This document shows positions 19,018 through 28,666 of a DNA stretch of 64,000 nt, piece after piece. This DNA comes from Bacteroidales bacterium (GTDB lineage: Bacteria > Bacteroidota > Bacteroidia > Bacteroidales > VadinHA17), in assembly GCA_049294275.1 (NCBI GenBank), contig JBAQCQ010000093.1:975-64974 (forward strand). Direction: 5' to 3'. The translations under genes were made by a program, and so were the position numbers. The first letter of the stretch is position 1, and every line of letters begins with the position of its first letter. The notes below the pieces were generated by a model. That model was not told where the DNA came from. It was given only the letters and a program-made list of their open reading frames with translations, and did no database searches.

Positions 19018-20070
19018 TCACCGTATACTATTTTTTTTTAGAACGAACGAAACAGTATCAATATTATCTGCATAGTCCCATAATTCGGGCTGTTGCGATT
19101 TGCCAAAAGGAAGCCGCCCGTGCCCTGTCACGCATTGAAGCATCTTATCCGACAGTCCGGGTTCATTTTCCGGTGCTTCACCCTCATTGTAAAATCCGTA
19201 GCTGAGTACAGCCATGGGAGGTGTCAGTGAGGCAGCTTCCTTCAGAAGGACAAATCCACCGTCGATGAATGGCTCCTTGTTGACAATCATTACCGCCTTG
19301 TTGTGATCATAGTTTACCGAATACTTATGGTGCGAGCGGAGTGACTCATACCTGGTCCAGTGCTGAAGCAAGCCTGACGCGTCATATCCCCGGGGCAGGT
19401 AAAGCTTTGACACATTCCGGCATCCCAGGCCGAAGTAGGAGAATATGTCGCTTCCGAGCAGCTCCAGTTCGCGGGGTGTTTCCGTACCGTCAAGTATCGC
19501 AATGCTGTTCCGGTTCCTTCGGATGATGCAGGGGATTTTCCGGAAGTAGTACTCAAAGTACCGTGAGGTGTTGTTGCTGCCGGTGGCGATGACCATGTCA
19601 AACCCTGTCAGCTTATCTGCAGTAAGCTCAACACGAGGCCTGAACAGGGGTTCAATGTCTGTCAGCGTTTCAGTTACTGCCTTCATCAGGAGTTCATCCT
19701 TTGAGCTCAGCTTTGCCAGTATCCTGTTGCCGGTGATCAGCACGCAGAGGAGGTCATGGAATCCTACCATTGGAATGTTCCCGGCCATTACAACTCCCAC
19801 CGTGACAGGCTGCTGTTCCTCTAGCAGCTCAGGATAGGCCGAGAGCCAGAGGCGCAGATTCCCTTCCGTGAGCGTCTTGCCGGTCGATGCGAGGGCTAAC
19901 CTTACATTGTCAGGAGTAAACCAGGGGTTGGTTAGGTGGAGTGTCTCAATGAGTCCTGCAATCCGTCCGGCAAGCCCCGTGGTGACCCCCTCGGCACCGT
20001 TGCGCATCGCGGCTCCCAGGGCCGAGAAGGCCCGGATCCTCTCCTCAACTGATAATGCTCCTGTTTCCAT
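19018..20070 (-). CDS. LuxC-like acyl-CoA reductase family protein
   Basis: VVMAGNIPMVGFHDLLCVLITGNRILAKLSSKD and overall length fit LuxC-type proteins. Start chosen at ATG 20070 (METGALSVEERIRAF...), since a TACATTTG -7 motif (20083..20076, minus) lies inside the longer ORF that runs to 20154. Confidence 0.6.
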   Translation of the reverse strand: METGALSVEERIRAFSALGAAMRNGAEGVTTGLAGRIAGLIETLHLTNPWFTPDNVRLALASTGKTLTEGNLRLWLSAYPELLEEQQPVTVGVVMAGNIPMVGFHDLLCVLITGNRILAKLSSKDELLMKAVTETLTDIEPLFRPRVELTADKLTGFDMVIATGSNNTSRYFEYYFRKIPCIIRRNRNSIAILDGTETPRELELLGSDIFSYFGLGCRNVSKLYLPRGYDASGLLQHWTRYESLRSHHKYSVNYDHNKAVMIVNKEPFIDGGFVLLKEAASLTPPMAVLSYGFYNEGEAPENEPGLSDKMLQCVTGHGRLPFGKSQQPELWDYADNIDTVSFVLKKNSIR

Positions 20071-20203
20071 ACGGGCAAATGTATAAAAAGGATGCGGAAC
20101 CGCCATTAGCATACTGCGACAGATGATATCATTTGGCCGGGGCAGTTTCTTCAAATAAAGAAAAGATGTATCTTTATTCCTTCTTTAAATCCGGAGGAAG
20201 ACC

Positions 20204-21445
20204 GTGAGCAGGTTTACATTATTTTTTGAAAATATCAGGGTAGCATTTAAGGCCATCAGGTCGAACAGGGTGAGAGCGGCGCTTACAATGGCCATCATTG
20301 CTTTCGGGATAATGGCCCTGGTAGGTATACTGACGGCCATCGACGGACTGAAGAGCACTCTCACCACCCAGTTCACCATGATGGGGGCAAACACCTTCTC
20401 AATCACCTCGCGGTCAATGCAGGTCCAGGTGGGCGACAAGCGGTACCGGACGAAGAACCATTCCTACATAACTTACCGTGAGGCCACGGAGTTCAAGGAG
20501 ACCTTCAGCGAGCCAGCCTGGGTTTCGGTATCCTTTAATGCCTCGGGACTGGCTGAATACAGGTTCAGGAACAACAAGACAAATCCAAATATTTCGGTAA
20601 TCGGTTCTGATGAAAACTATGTCACCATCGCGGGAGAGGAGATTGAATCAGGACGTAATTTCTCACCGGATGATCTTCTTGGCAGCAGGCATGTTGTAAT
20701 CATTGGCCAGGAACTGGTGCGATTCCTCTTCCCGGGGGTTGATCCTCTGGGTAAGGAGATAAGCCTTCCCGGCCTGAAGCTTACCGTCATAGGTGTGCTT
20801 AAAAGCAAGGGCAGCAGCAGTATGGGGAGCGATCGCAACACGATCATACCCGTTACCACCGCGAGGCAGTATTTCAGCCGGCCAAACATAACATACAATA
20901 TAGGAGTGATGCCGCAGAGGTCAGTGAACCTCGATATGATGGCCAGTGAGGCAGAAGGCATTTTCCGGATAGTGCGCAATCTTGACCCGCGCGATGAGTC
21001 TGATTTCAACATTCAGAAGAGCGATTCCATCATCGAGATACTCATGGACAATATTAAGTATGTCACGCTCGCGGCTACCATCATAGGGCTCATCACCCTG
21101 TTCGGTGCTGCCGTGGGGCTGATGAACATCATGCTTGTTTCGGTAACGGAACGCACACGTGAGATTGGCGTACGTAAAGCCCTTGGGGCGAGGAAATCAG
21201 TCATCAGGCAGCAGTTTCTCTATGAGTCAGTTATCATCGGGCAGATGGGAGGCCTGTTTGGCATACTGGCCGGCATTATTATCGGCAACCTGGTGTCGCT
21301 TGGAATGGGATCAAGCTTTACGATACCCTGGGTATGGGTGATCAGCGGTGTCCTCGCATGCTTCATCGTCGGAATGGCATCAGGGTATTTCCCTGCCGTC
21401 AAGGCTTCATCCGTGGATCCGATAGAGGCATTGCGATATGAATAG
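20204..21445 (+). CDS. ABC transporter permease, MacB/FtsX family
   Basis: 413 aa. N-terminal TM, periplasmic MacB_PCD-like region and a C-terminal FtsX domain with RTREIGVRKALGA. No ATPase gene is adjacent. Confidence 0.8.
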   Translation: MSRFTLFFENIRVAFKAIRSNRVRAALTMAIIAFGIMALVGILTAIDGLKSTLTTQFTMMGANTFSITSRSMQVQVGDKRYRTKNHSYITYREATEFKETFSEPAWVSVSFNASGLAEYRFRNNKTNPNISVIGSDENYVTIAGEEIESGRNFSPDDLLGSRHVVIIGQELVRFLFPGVDPLGKEISLPGLKLTVIGVLKSKGSSSMGSDRNTIIPVTTARQYFSRPNITYNIGVMPQRSVNLDMMASEAEGIFRIVRNLDPRDESDFNIQKSDSIIEILMDNIKYVTLAATIIGLITLFGAAVGLMNIMLVSVTERTREIGVRKALGARKSVIRQQFLYESVIIGQMGGLFGILAGIIIGNLVSLGMGSSFTIPWVWVISGVLACFIVGMASGYFPAVKASSVDPIEALRYE

Positions 21446-21499
21446 TTAAAGTGTTTTATTTTCTGAGACCGATCTGAAAAGGGATATATTGCAGGGAAT

Positions 21500-21871
21500 A
21501 TGGAGATAATTCAGGCAGGATCAAATAACATACCACGGATCACATATGATCCGGATGAGGATGTGCTGAGCATCACCGGCCGCTCCATTGCCGAGAGGCC
21601 GGATGTGATCTACAATCCTCTGGAGGACTGGATCAGGTTGCACCTCAGCAGGTTCAGCCAGCTGAGAGTGGTGATATTCCTTGAATATATAAACAGCGGT
21701 TCATCGAAGGCCCTCCGGGACGTGCTGCGAATGATCAGCGGGTATCGTGCTCCGCAATACAGGATCAGGATCACCTGGCTATACGAGGAGGATGATGAGG
21801 CGATGCACGAACTCGGAGAACATTACCGTGATGCCGCTGGAGTCAGCATGGACGTGCAGATGGTTCTTTGA
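21500..21871 (+). CDS. DUF1987 / SiaC-like protein
   Basis: 123 aa. ITYDPDEDVLSITGRSIAERPDVIYNPLEDWI and LEYINSGSSKAL match the DUF1987 pattern (tP.v.f....g.l.i.G.s.pEn...y.P...w......leY.NS.SsK). Confidence 0.6.
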   Translation: MEIIQAGSNNIPRITYDPDEDVLSITGRSIAERPDVIYNPLEDWIRLHLSRFSQLRVVIFLEYINSGSSKALRDVLRMISGYRAPQYRIRITWLYEEDDEAMHELGEHYRDAAGVSMDVQMVL

Positions 21872-21900
21872 CCGGTTTGCCGGGCAATTTAAAGTCACAT

Positions 21901-21937
21901 AAAAAGAGAGAGAAGCCACTGACCTCCCTCTCTTTTT
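21901..21937. terminator. Possible bidirectional terminator between the SiaC-like gene and gap
   Basis: AAAAAGAGAG (21901-10) pairs with CTCTCTTTTT (21928-37) around a 17-nt loop. The stem is A/T- and GA-rich, so it is weak. Confidence 0.35.
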
Positions 21938-21957
21938 ATTAATACTATATGATAAGC

Positions 21958-22968
21958 TTACAGCGTCTTCGCCATCATCAGGATGAGGTCAACGCATCTT
22001 GCTGAATAACCCCATTCATTGTCGTACCATGCAAGAACCTTGATCATGGTGCCGTTGACCATCGTGCTCTGCGCATCGAAGATTGATGAGGCAGGGTTAT
22101 GAATCACATCAACAGAAACGATCTCGTCCTCGGTGTATTCCAGGATACCTTTCATCGGGCCGTCGGCTGCCTTCTTTACTGCTGCATTGATCTCCTCTTT
22201 GGTGGCTGCCTTCTTAAGCACTGCCACGAGGTCAACCAGTGAACCGGTCGGCGTCGGCACCCTTACCGAAATACCGTCAAGCTTGCCCTTCAGGTCGGGA
22301 ATAATCTTGCCAACTGATTTGGCGGCTCCGGTGGTGGTGGGTATCTGTGACAGCGCGGCTGACCTGGCCCTGCGCAGATCCTTATGCGGGAGGTCAAGGA
22401 TACGCTGGTCATTTGTATAGGAGTGAATCGTAGTCATGTAGCCAATCTCGATTCCGAAGTTGTCATTGAGGACCTTCGCAATGGGAGCAAGGCAGTTGGT
22501 GGTGCATGATGCGTTTGATACGCAGGTGTGCTCGGGTTTGAGCATGTCATCATTCACACCCACCACTATCATTGCGTCGATGGCGTCTTTTGCGGGGACA
22601 GTAAGGATAACTTTTTTGGCGCCGTTTTTCAGGTGATCGCCGTATCCTCCCTTGGGACTCTCCTTGCTGACGAAGATACCTGTCGATTCAATTACGATGT
22701 CCGGTTTGCTCTCCCATGGAATGGCTGCAGGGTTCTTTTCTGAATGTACTCTTATCTTATCACCTCTCACGATGATGTTCTGCTCATCATAGGTGACTCC
22801 CGGGAACTGACCCTGGGTTGAGTCATATTTGAGAAGATGAGCCAGTGTCTTTGTGTCGGTAAGGTCATTGATGCCGATAATCTCAATTTCGGGCCTTTCA
22901 AATGCCAGTTTGAATACGTTGCGGCCTATCCTTCCGAAACCGTTGATTGCTACTTTAATCTTTGCCAT
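21958..22968 (-). CDS. gap: Glyceraldehyde-3-phosphate dehydrogenase, type I
   Basis: 336 aa. NGFGRIGR, SNASCTTNCLAP and WYDNEWGYS. Confidence 0.95.
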   Translation of the reverse strand: MAKIKVAINGFGRIGRNVFKLAFERPEIEIIGINDLTDTKTLAHLLKYDSTQGQFPGVTYDEQNIIVRGDKIRVHSEKNPAAIPWESKPDIVIESTGIFVSKESPKGGYGDHLKNGAKKVILTVPAKDAIDAMIVVGVNDDMLKPEHTCVSNASCTTNCLAPIAKVLNDNFGIEIGYMTTIHSYTNDQRILDLPHKDLRRARSAALSQIPTTTGAAKSVGKIIPDLKGKLDGISVRVPTPTGSLVDLVAVLKKAATKEEINAAVKKAADGPMKGILEYTEDEIVSVDVIHNPASSIFDAQSTMVNGTMIKVLAWYDNEWGYSARCVDLILMMAKTL

Positions 22969-23045
22969 TGTTAGTAAGTTAATGTGGTTCTTGAATTGAA
23001 CGACAAAGGTATAAAAAAAAAGTAGAGGACAAAGGAGGGTGAAAA

Positions 23046-23840
23046 TTATTCTTGGGGCTGCCGGCGCAACATCCTGAGCAGCCCTCCGGGATTCAGGGGG
23101 TCGAGTATCATACCGATGCGGTAGCTGACAAAAATGGCAGGGAAGAACTGCTTGTTGTCGTCGGATGCCATGATGGGTATGGTCTTTGTGAATGCATGAA
23201 GCGAAGCTCCCAACTCAAGGGCATGTGTCAGCCGGTCATTCTTGCTGTACTCAAAGCTGAACCCTCCGCGTGCATAGAGGCCCGGATACAGTTTGAGCTC
23301 ATCGAAACCCTTGAAGAACGAAGCCTTGCTCAGGATGTCAAAAGGCTGGTGTATTGTAAGATCGAACTGCTGCTCCTCAATGGTGTAATAGTCATCGCCG
23401 ATACGAACTATTATCTTGTAATAAATGGGCTTCGCGAAAAGGAGGGTTGCCCCGGCTCCCCCAAACCAGCTGACTGAAACGCCCCCGAGATCACGCTTTT
23501 CAAAGATCTCCCTCTGGTAGCCCGCACCGGCACCGACGGTCCATGTAGAGTTCAGCTTGCCGAAGACAAACGTGCCGGGGCTCTGGAAATTATAGTTCGA
23601 GAGCTTTATCTCCTTGGGATGCTTGAAGCCTTCAACGCTTCCTTCAATAAAATACCTGTGGGAGGGTTTTAACTGACGCAGTTCACGATATATGACCGAC
23701 CATCCGTCAGAGTTGAGTGCGGCACCGACAGACCTCTCATTACGCCAGAACATGCGGTCCTGCGGGTCAATGTCCCCCTGTGCCGCGAGCGGCCCGCAGA
23801 CAATAAGTAAAAGTATGACGTGCCACAATCTCATAATCAT
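23046..23840 (-). CDS. Hypothetical secreted / outer-membrane protein
   Basis: 264 aa with an N-terminal signal peptide (LLLIVCGPLAAQ). Alternating beta-strand-like pattern. No recognisable catalytic motif. Confidence 0.5.
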   Translation of the reverse strand: MIMRLWHVILLLIVCGPLAAQGDIDPQDRMFWRNERSVGAALNSDGWSVIYRELRQLKPSHRYFIEGSVEGFKHPKEIKLSNYNFQSPGTFVFGKLNSTWTVGAGAGYQREIFEKRDLGGVSVSWFGGAGATLLFAKPIYYKIIVRIGDDYYTIEEQQFDLTIHQPFDILSKASFFKGFDELKLYPGLYARGGFSFEYSKNDRLTHALELGASLHAFTKTIPIMASDDNKQFFPAIFVSYRIGMILDPLNPGGLLRMLRRQPQE

Positions 23841-23882
23841 GATTCCGCAGATTCAAGACTGGCAGTATGAAGTAAGCGAGGT

Positions 23883-24008
23883 TCAGCCTGCCTGCTCCGT
23901 CGTTCCGGTATCGTTGCTGCTGTATGCCGGGCATGCTTCACGGTTACATGAACTGAGCGCAAGCGCAGCAATAAAAGCAAGAACAACTATAAGACCAACT
24001 TTTTTCAT
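23883..24008 (-). CDS. Small predicted lipoprotein (41 aa), not in the ORF track
   Basis: Minus-strand ATG at 24008 gives MKKVGLIVVLAFIAALALSSCNREACPAYSSNDTGTTEQAG*. It has a lipobox LSSC after a classic signal peptide. Expression is unproven. Confidence 0.4.
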   Translation of the reverse strand: MKKVGLIVVLAFIAALALSSCNREACPAYSSNDTGTTEQAG

Positions 24009-24142
24009 AATCTACTGCCTTTAAGTCTGTGACAAAATTAGCTTTATTTTTAAAACAACATTTGTGCCATAATATTATTTTGATACACAGCTTTTTTTAA
24101 ACCTTTAACAGACTGATTTGTTATTTGAAAAACAGAGGTGCT

Positions 24143-25078
24143 ATGAAATCTCGATTTTATATAACATTATTTTTAATGACAGTTTTGCTTTCTATGGAAA
24201 ATCAAATTACATCTCAGGACAGGTCTTCATATAATGATCTGACTGCGGCCGAATCAAAGGTAATTATCAATAAATCAACGGAATATCCGTTTACAGGTTT
24301 ATATGAAAAGTTCAATGCCACAGGTACTTATCTGTGCAAACAGTGCGGCAGTGCACTCTATCACTCCGATGCCAAATTCGACGCCAGATGCGGCTGGCCA
24401 AGCTTCGACGAAGAGGTCGCAGGCGCTGTGAAGCGAATAAAGGATGCAGACGGGATGCGAACTGAGATAGTCTGTGCTTCATGCGGAGGACACCTGGGCC
24501 ACGTCTTTGAAGGGGAGCGGTTTACCGCGAAGAACACCCGGCACTGCGTCAACTCCGTCTCACTGGACTTTGCCCCTGCCGTTCTTCCGGCAGGCAGATA
24601 CGGTACGGCCCTGTTCGCCGGCGGATGCTTCTGGGGCGTGGAATACTTCCTGCAGAAGGAACCCGGAGTGGTTTCAGTAGTCTCAGGTTACACCGGGGGA
24701 AATGTCAAAAACCCCTCTTACAGGGAGGTGTGCACCGGAAACACAGGGCATGCTGAGACGGTTAAGGTTACCTGGGACCTGCAGAAAAACAGCTACGAGA
24801 AGCTGCTGAAACTCTTCCTCGAGATACATGACCCCACCCAGGTAGGCAGGCAGGGACCTGACATTGGCGACCAGTACCGGTCGGAGATCTTTTACAAGAA
24901 CAGCGAGCAGAAGAAGGTGGCTGAGAAGCTGCTGGGAATGCTGAGCGCTAAGGGTCTCAAGGTGGCCACCCAGGTGACCAGGGCATCAGAATTCTATCCC
25001 GCCGAGGAATATCACCAGGATTACTATTTCCGGAACGGAAAGGTTCCGTACTGTCACGGGTATACGAAACGGTTTTAG
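24143..25078 (+). CDS. msrAB: Bifunctional methionine sulfoxide reductase MsrB-MsrA with signal peptide
   Basis: MsrB: CxxC...GWPSFD...CASCGGHLGHVF...RHCVNS. MsrA: GGCFWGVEY. ATG at 24143 is preferred over TTG at 24125. Confidence 0.9.
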   Translation: MKSRFYITLFLMTVLLSMENQITSQDRSSYNDLTAAESKVIINKSTEYPFTGLYEKFNATGTYLCKQCGSALYHSDAKFDARCGWPSFDEEVAGAVKRIKDADGMRTEIVCASCGGHLGHVFEGERFTAKNTRHCVNSVSLDFAPAVLPAGRYGTALFAGGCFWGVEYFLQKEPGVVSVVSGYTGGNVKNPSYREVCTGNTGHAETVKVTWDLQKNSYEKLLKLFLEIHDPTQVGRQGPDIGDQYRSEIFYKNSEQKKVAEKLLGMLSAKGLKVATQVTRASEFYPAEEYHQDYYFRNGKVPYCHGYTKRF

Positions 25079-25082
25079 CGCA

Positions 25083-25117
25083 GGCAGTAGGCAGTAGGCA
25101 GTAGGCAATAGGCAGTA
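25083..25117 (+). repeat. Heptad tandem repeat (GGCAGTA) x5, one GGCAATA variant
   Basis: Starts 4 nt after the msrAB TAG stop. Copies at 25083, 25090, 25097, 25104 (variant) and 25111. Confidence 0.95.
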
Positions 25118-25195
25118 GCGGAGAAATTGCCCGCAGGGCATTATGTTATAAATATAATCATTCCACGTAGAGGATTAAGTATTGTAGCGGTCTAT

Positions 25196-25235
25196 CAAAC
25201 AAAAAACCGGCCCTGGTTAGAGAGCCGGTTTTTGT
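25196..25235. terminator. Bidirectional intrinsic terminator between msrAB and the BNR-repeat gene
   Basis: A-run, then stem AACCGGC / GCCGGTT, then T-run (AAAAAACCGGCcctggttagagaGCCGGTTTTT). Confidence 0.7.
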
Positions 25236-25253
25236 GTTTATTGGTCGTTACGT

Positions 25254-28200
25254 TCAGAGTTTCGGGACCCTGCCCGAGGTCCACGGTGCCCTGATCTCGT
25301 CAAGCTTCACATTGAGTGCATCAACCGCAGCACCTGCCTTCTGTATCCTCTCAAGCAATACAGGAAACTCCTTCCTGAGAATCCGGAACTGCTGGTCGGC
25401 AATGCCTGAGATATCCCCCGAGTTGCCGTAGAGCGACCTCGACATGGCCGACAGCCGTGCTGAAAGCGATGCGGGTGAAGGAGGCGTCTCCTCGGTGCTG
25501 GCACCTACAGAGATGCCCCTGATAAGATAGGTTATCTCATTCATCTCATCACTCAGTGCAGCAGCCTCCTTCATCAGAGATGCCGGTGCCTCGGGTGTCT
25601 GATGTATCGTCTGCATGATGGTGTTTACCATGCCTTCAAGCTCTGTGGCATAGGAAATAGCGCCGTATGCTGTCTTGGCAAATGCGGCCATCTCCCTTAT
25701 CCATTTCTCCTTTGCCTCCGGATCGGTGACAGGCATTGACACTATGTCAAGAGGCTTGCAGACAAACGGTTCAGGCCCGGCAAGCTCCTTCACCTCGCCC
25801 CTGGCATACATGGCCATGGATACGAAGTACTTGCCCGGCATGACTGAGATACCTCCGCCACCCCACCGGCTGCGACCGCCGCTCTCGGGAACGGGATTGA
25901 ATTTCTCAGCTGCCCTGACAGGCTGGTAACCGGCATAGGTGAAGTTCCAGGTGACACGGCCCACACCCTTTGATGCCGACTTGTAGAGCTTGCGTATTAT
26001 GTTACCCTCATCATCAGTGATGGTGAAGATGAGGTAGGGTTTGATCTCCCTCTCCTCAAGACTCAGTTCCCTGGCCGTCGGCTGGGGGATGAATTCGCCC
26101 TTTTCAAATAGCTTCTTCTCCTTCTCCTTCCTGAGGTCACGGTCTGTTTTCGGAACAGTATCGACGTAATAGCTGATGGTTGCCCCATAAGGAGGATTGT
26201 CAGCAACGTAATACATCGATCCCTGGTTGTCGAATTCACTTGTCTGGACAAACATTTTTGCTTCCCTGACCGGGAAAATGTAACCGGGTTGTCCGATAAT
26301 CTCCTTCTTATAATTGCGCAGAGGTGTGTAGTCATCAATCACGTAGAAGCCCCTTCCGAATGTGGCTATGATCAGGTCATTCTCACGCTCCTGGATGGCG
26401 ATGTCACGCACGGCTATCACAGGCAATCCCTTGTTGAACTCAGTCCAGCTGGTACCGCCGTCAAATGAGACGAAGAAGCTGAATTCCGTGCCGAGGAACA
26501 GCAGGTTCGGATTGACGGGATCCTGCTCGATCGTATGTGCCGGACCGTTGGCCGGAAGATTGGCACTTATTGAAGTCCAGCTCTTTCCCTTGTCGGTGCT
26601 CTTCAGAACATAGGGTTTGAAATCGTCTCGCTTATGGTTGTTGAAGGTGGCGTAGACGATATCGGCATTGAATTTGTCAGGCTGGATGTCGCTCACGTAT
26701 GTATACTCCGGCACGCCGGGGAAGGTTTTGATCATTCTCCAGTTGCCACCACCGTCTTCCGACACCGAGATCATGCCGTCATCACTGCCGGTGTAGAGCA
26801 GATCTTTCTGAACCTTTGATTCGGTAAGCGATACTATTGTTCCCCAGAGTGAGGTGGACTTGTTCTTTGCCACGGCGTCCGCCGGCCAGTACTTGTCCAT
26901 CACCTTGAAGTTATCCCTGTTTTCGTTGCGGGTCAGGTCAGGTGATATTTTGTTCCAGTTGCTTCCCTGGTCCTCGCTGCGGAAGAGGAAGTTGGCAGCA
27001 ATATAGATCCGCTTGTTATTGTGCGGGCTTATGAGGATAGGTGTGTCCCAGTTCCACCGGTAGGTCAGTTCACCCTCTCCCGGGAAAGGCTTGATGCTGA
27101 CACTCTGTCCGCTCTTGCGGTCCCAGCGGGAGGCATTGCCGTACTGCGATTCGGTATAGACGATATTCGGATCTTTCGGGTCAATTGCCACCCAGAACCC
27201 GTCGCCTCCCTGAGTCACTGTCCAGGCGTCGTTGGTCACCCCGTTGCTTGTGCTCGCTGAGGGGCCTCCCATGGAGTTGTTGTCCTGCGTGCCGCCGTAT
27301 ATATAATAGAAGGGGTATGAGTTGTCTACTGCCACCCTGTAGAACTGGGTCACGGGCAGATTTGATTTGAAGATGAAATTTACCCCGTTGTCCCATGTCT
27401 CATAAATGCCCCCGTCGCCACCGATGTAAAAGTGCTTTGTGTTGTCCGGGTCTATCCACATTGCATGGTCATCGACATGGCGCCCCTCATTGCTGACCCT
27501 CGAGAATGTCTTGCCCCCGTCAGGTGTGACCTGTGTGTAGGTGTCGAGGCTGAAAACCCGGTCGGCATCCTTTGGATCACAAATGATCTTGTTATAATAC
27601 TGGCCGCTTGCATGATAAGAGTTCATACGCTCCCAGGAAGCACCCCTGTTCACTGTCCTGTAGAATCCGCCCGCATCGCCCTGTGCCTCGACAATGATGT
27701 AGAGGATGTCAGGGTTCACCGGTGATATTGCGATACCCATTCCTCCAAGGTCTCCTGAAGGAAGCCCTTTGGTGATCTTGTCGAAGGTCATGCCCCCGTT
27801 TGTTGATTTATAGACCGAGGACTCCGGTCCGCCGCTGATTTTCAGCCCCACATGCCTGCGCCGCTGTTCGCTGGTGGCATAGATGATGTCAGGATTGCGC
27901 GGATCAAGAACCACGTTGTTGATACCGGTGTTTTCACTGATGTTCAGAATCTTTTCCCACGATTTGCCGCCGTTTATACTCTTGTACAGACCCCTTTCAC
28001 CTCCGGGGCCCCATACAGAACCCTCGGCAGCCACATAGACAACATCACTGTTGCGCGGGTCGATGGCGATGCCGCCAATCTGCCGTGATTCCTTAAGACC
28101 CATGTTCTTCCAGCTTGCTCCGGCATCGTCCGAACGATAGACTCCATCGCCCCATCCGAGGGCACGCTGGTGGTTATTCTCGCCTGTTCCCGCCCAGACA

Positions 28201-28556
28201 ACATTGTTGTTGTTCGGATCAATGACAATGCAGCCGATGGCATAAGCCCCGTATTTGTCAAAGACAGGTTTCCATGTAGTACCATTATTTTCGCTTTTCC
28301 ATATGTTGCCTGATGCAACCGCAGCATAGATCTCCGAATGGTTTGACGGATTAACGGCCAGATCGGCTATGCGTCCCGAGGCCCATGCCGGCCCCACTGA
28401 TCTGAAGGTAATTCCGGCGAACAGCGAAGACGGGACAGAGGGTTTGATCTGGCTGGCAGATCCCTTATCGTCCTTTTTAGCCTCTTTTTTCTGAGCCGGC
28501 AGACTTAATGAGCCGGCAAGAAAAAGCACAAGAACTAGTGTGAGAATTTTTTTCAT
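25254..28556 (-). CDS. Secreted BNR/Asp-box repeat protein (sortilin/VPS10-like, often annotated as glycosyl hydrolase)
   Basis: 1100 aa with a signal peptide. At least 10 Asp-box-like motifs (SENNGTTW, SDDAGASW, SINGGKSW, SEDQGSNW, SEDGGGNW, STDKGKSW, SFDGGTSW...). Confidence 0.75.
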   Translation of the reverse strand: MKKILTLVLVLFLAGSLSLPAQKKEAKKDDKGSASQIKPSVPSSLFAGITFRSVGPAWASGRIADLAVNPSNHSEIYAAVASGNIWKSENNGTTWKPVFDKYGAYAIGCIVIDPNNNNVVWAGTGENNHQRALGWGDGVYRSDDAGASWKNMGLKESRQIGGIAIDPRNSDVVYVAAEGSVWGPGGERGLYKSINGGKSWEKILNISENTGINNVVLDPRNPDIIYATSEQRRRHVGLKISGGPESSVYKSTNGGMTFDKITKGLPSGDLGGMGIAISPVNPDILYIIVEAQGDAGGFYRTVNRGASWERMNSYHASGQYYNKIICDPKDADRVFSLDTYTQVTPDGGKTFSRVSNEGRHVDDHAMWIDPDNTKHFYIGGDGGIYETWDNGVNFIFKSNLPVTQFYRVAVDNSYPFYYIYGGTQDNNSMGGPSASTSNGVTNDAWTVTQGGDGFWVAIDPKDPNIVYTESQYGNASRWDRKSGQSVSIKPFPGEGELTYRWNWDTPILISPHNNKRIYIAANFLFRSEDQGSNWNKISPDLTRNENRDNFKVMDKYWPADAVAKNKSTSLWGTIVSLTESKVQKDLLYTGSDDGMISVSEDGGGNWRMIKTFPGVPEYTYVSDIQPDKFNADIVYATFNNHKRDDFKPYVLKSTDKGKSWTSISANLPANGPAHTIEQDPVNPNLLFLGTEFSFFVSFDGGTSWTEFNKGLPVIAVRDIAIQERENDLIIATFGRGFYVIDDYTPLRNYKKEIIGQPGYIFPVREAKMFVQTSEFDNQGSMYYVADNPPYGATISYYVDTVPKTDRDLRKEKEKKLFEKGEFIPQPTARELSLEEREIKPYLIFTITDDEGNIIRKLYKSASKGVGRVTWNFTYAGYQPVRAAEKFNPVPESGGRSRWGGGGISVMPGKYFVSMAMYARGEVKELAGPEPFVCKPLDIVSMPVTDPEAKEKWIREMAAFAKTAYGAISYATELEGMVNTIMQTIHQTPEAPASLMKEAAALSDEMNEITYLIRGISVGASTEETPPSPASLSARLSAMSRSLYGNSGDISGIADQQFRILRKEFPVLLERIQKAGAAVDALNVKLDEIRAPWTSGRVPKL

Positions 28557-28666
28557 ACGGGTGTGTTTAGAATATTTTTTGGTAATGCTAAGGTAAGATA
28601 AGGAATTTTATCAGGTTATTTTTTAACGTTATTTAATTATTTTGCTGTGCATTAACATCACACGGA

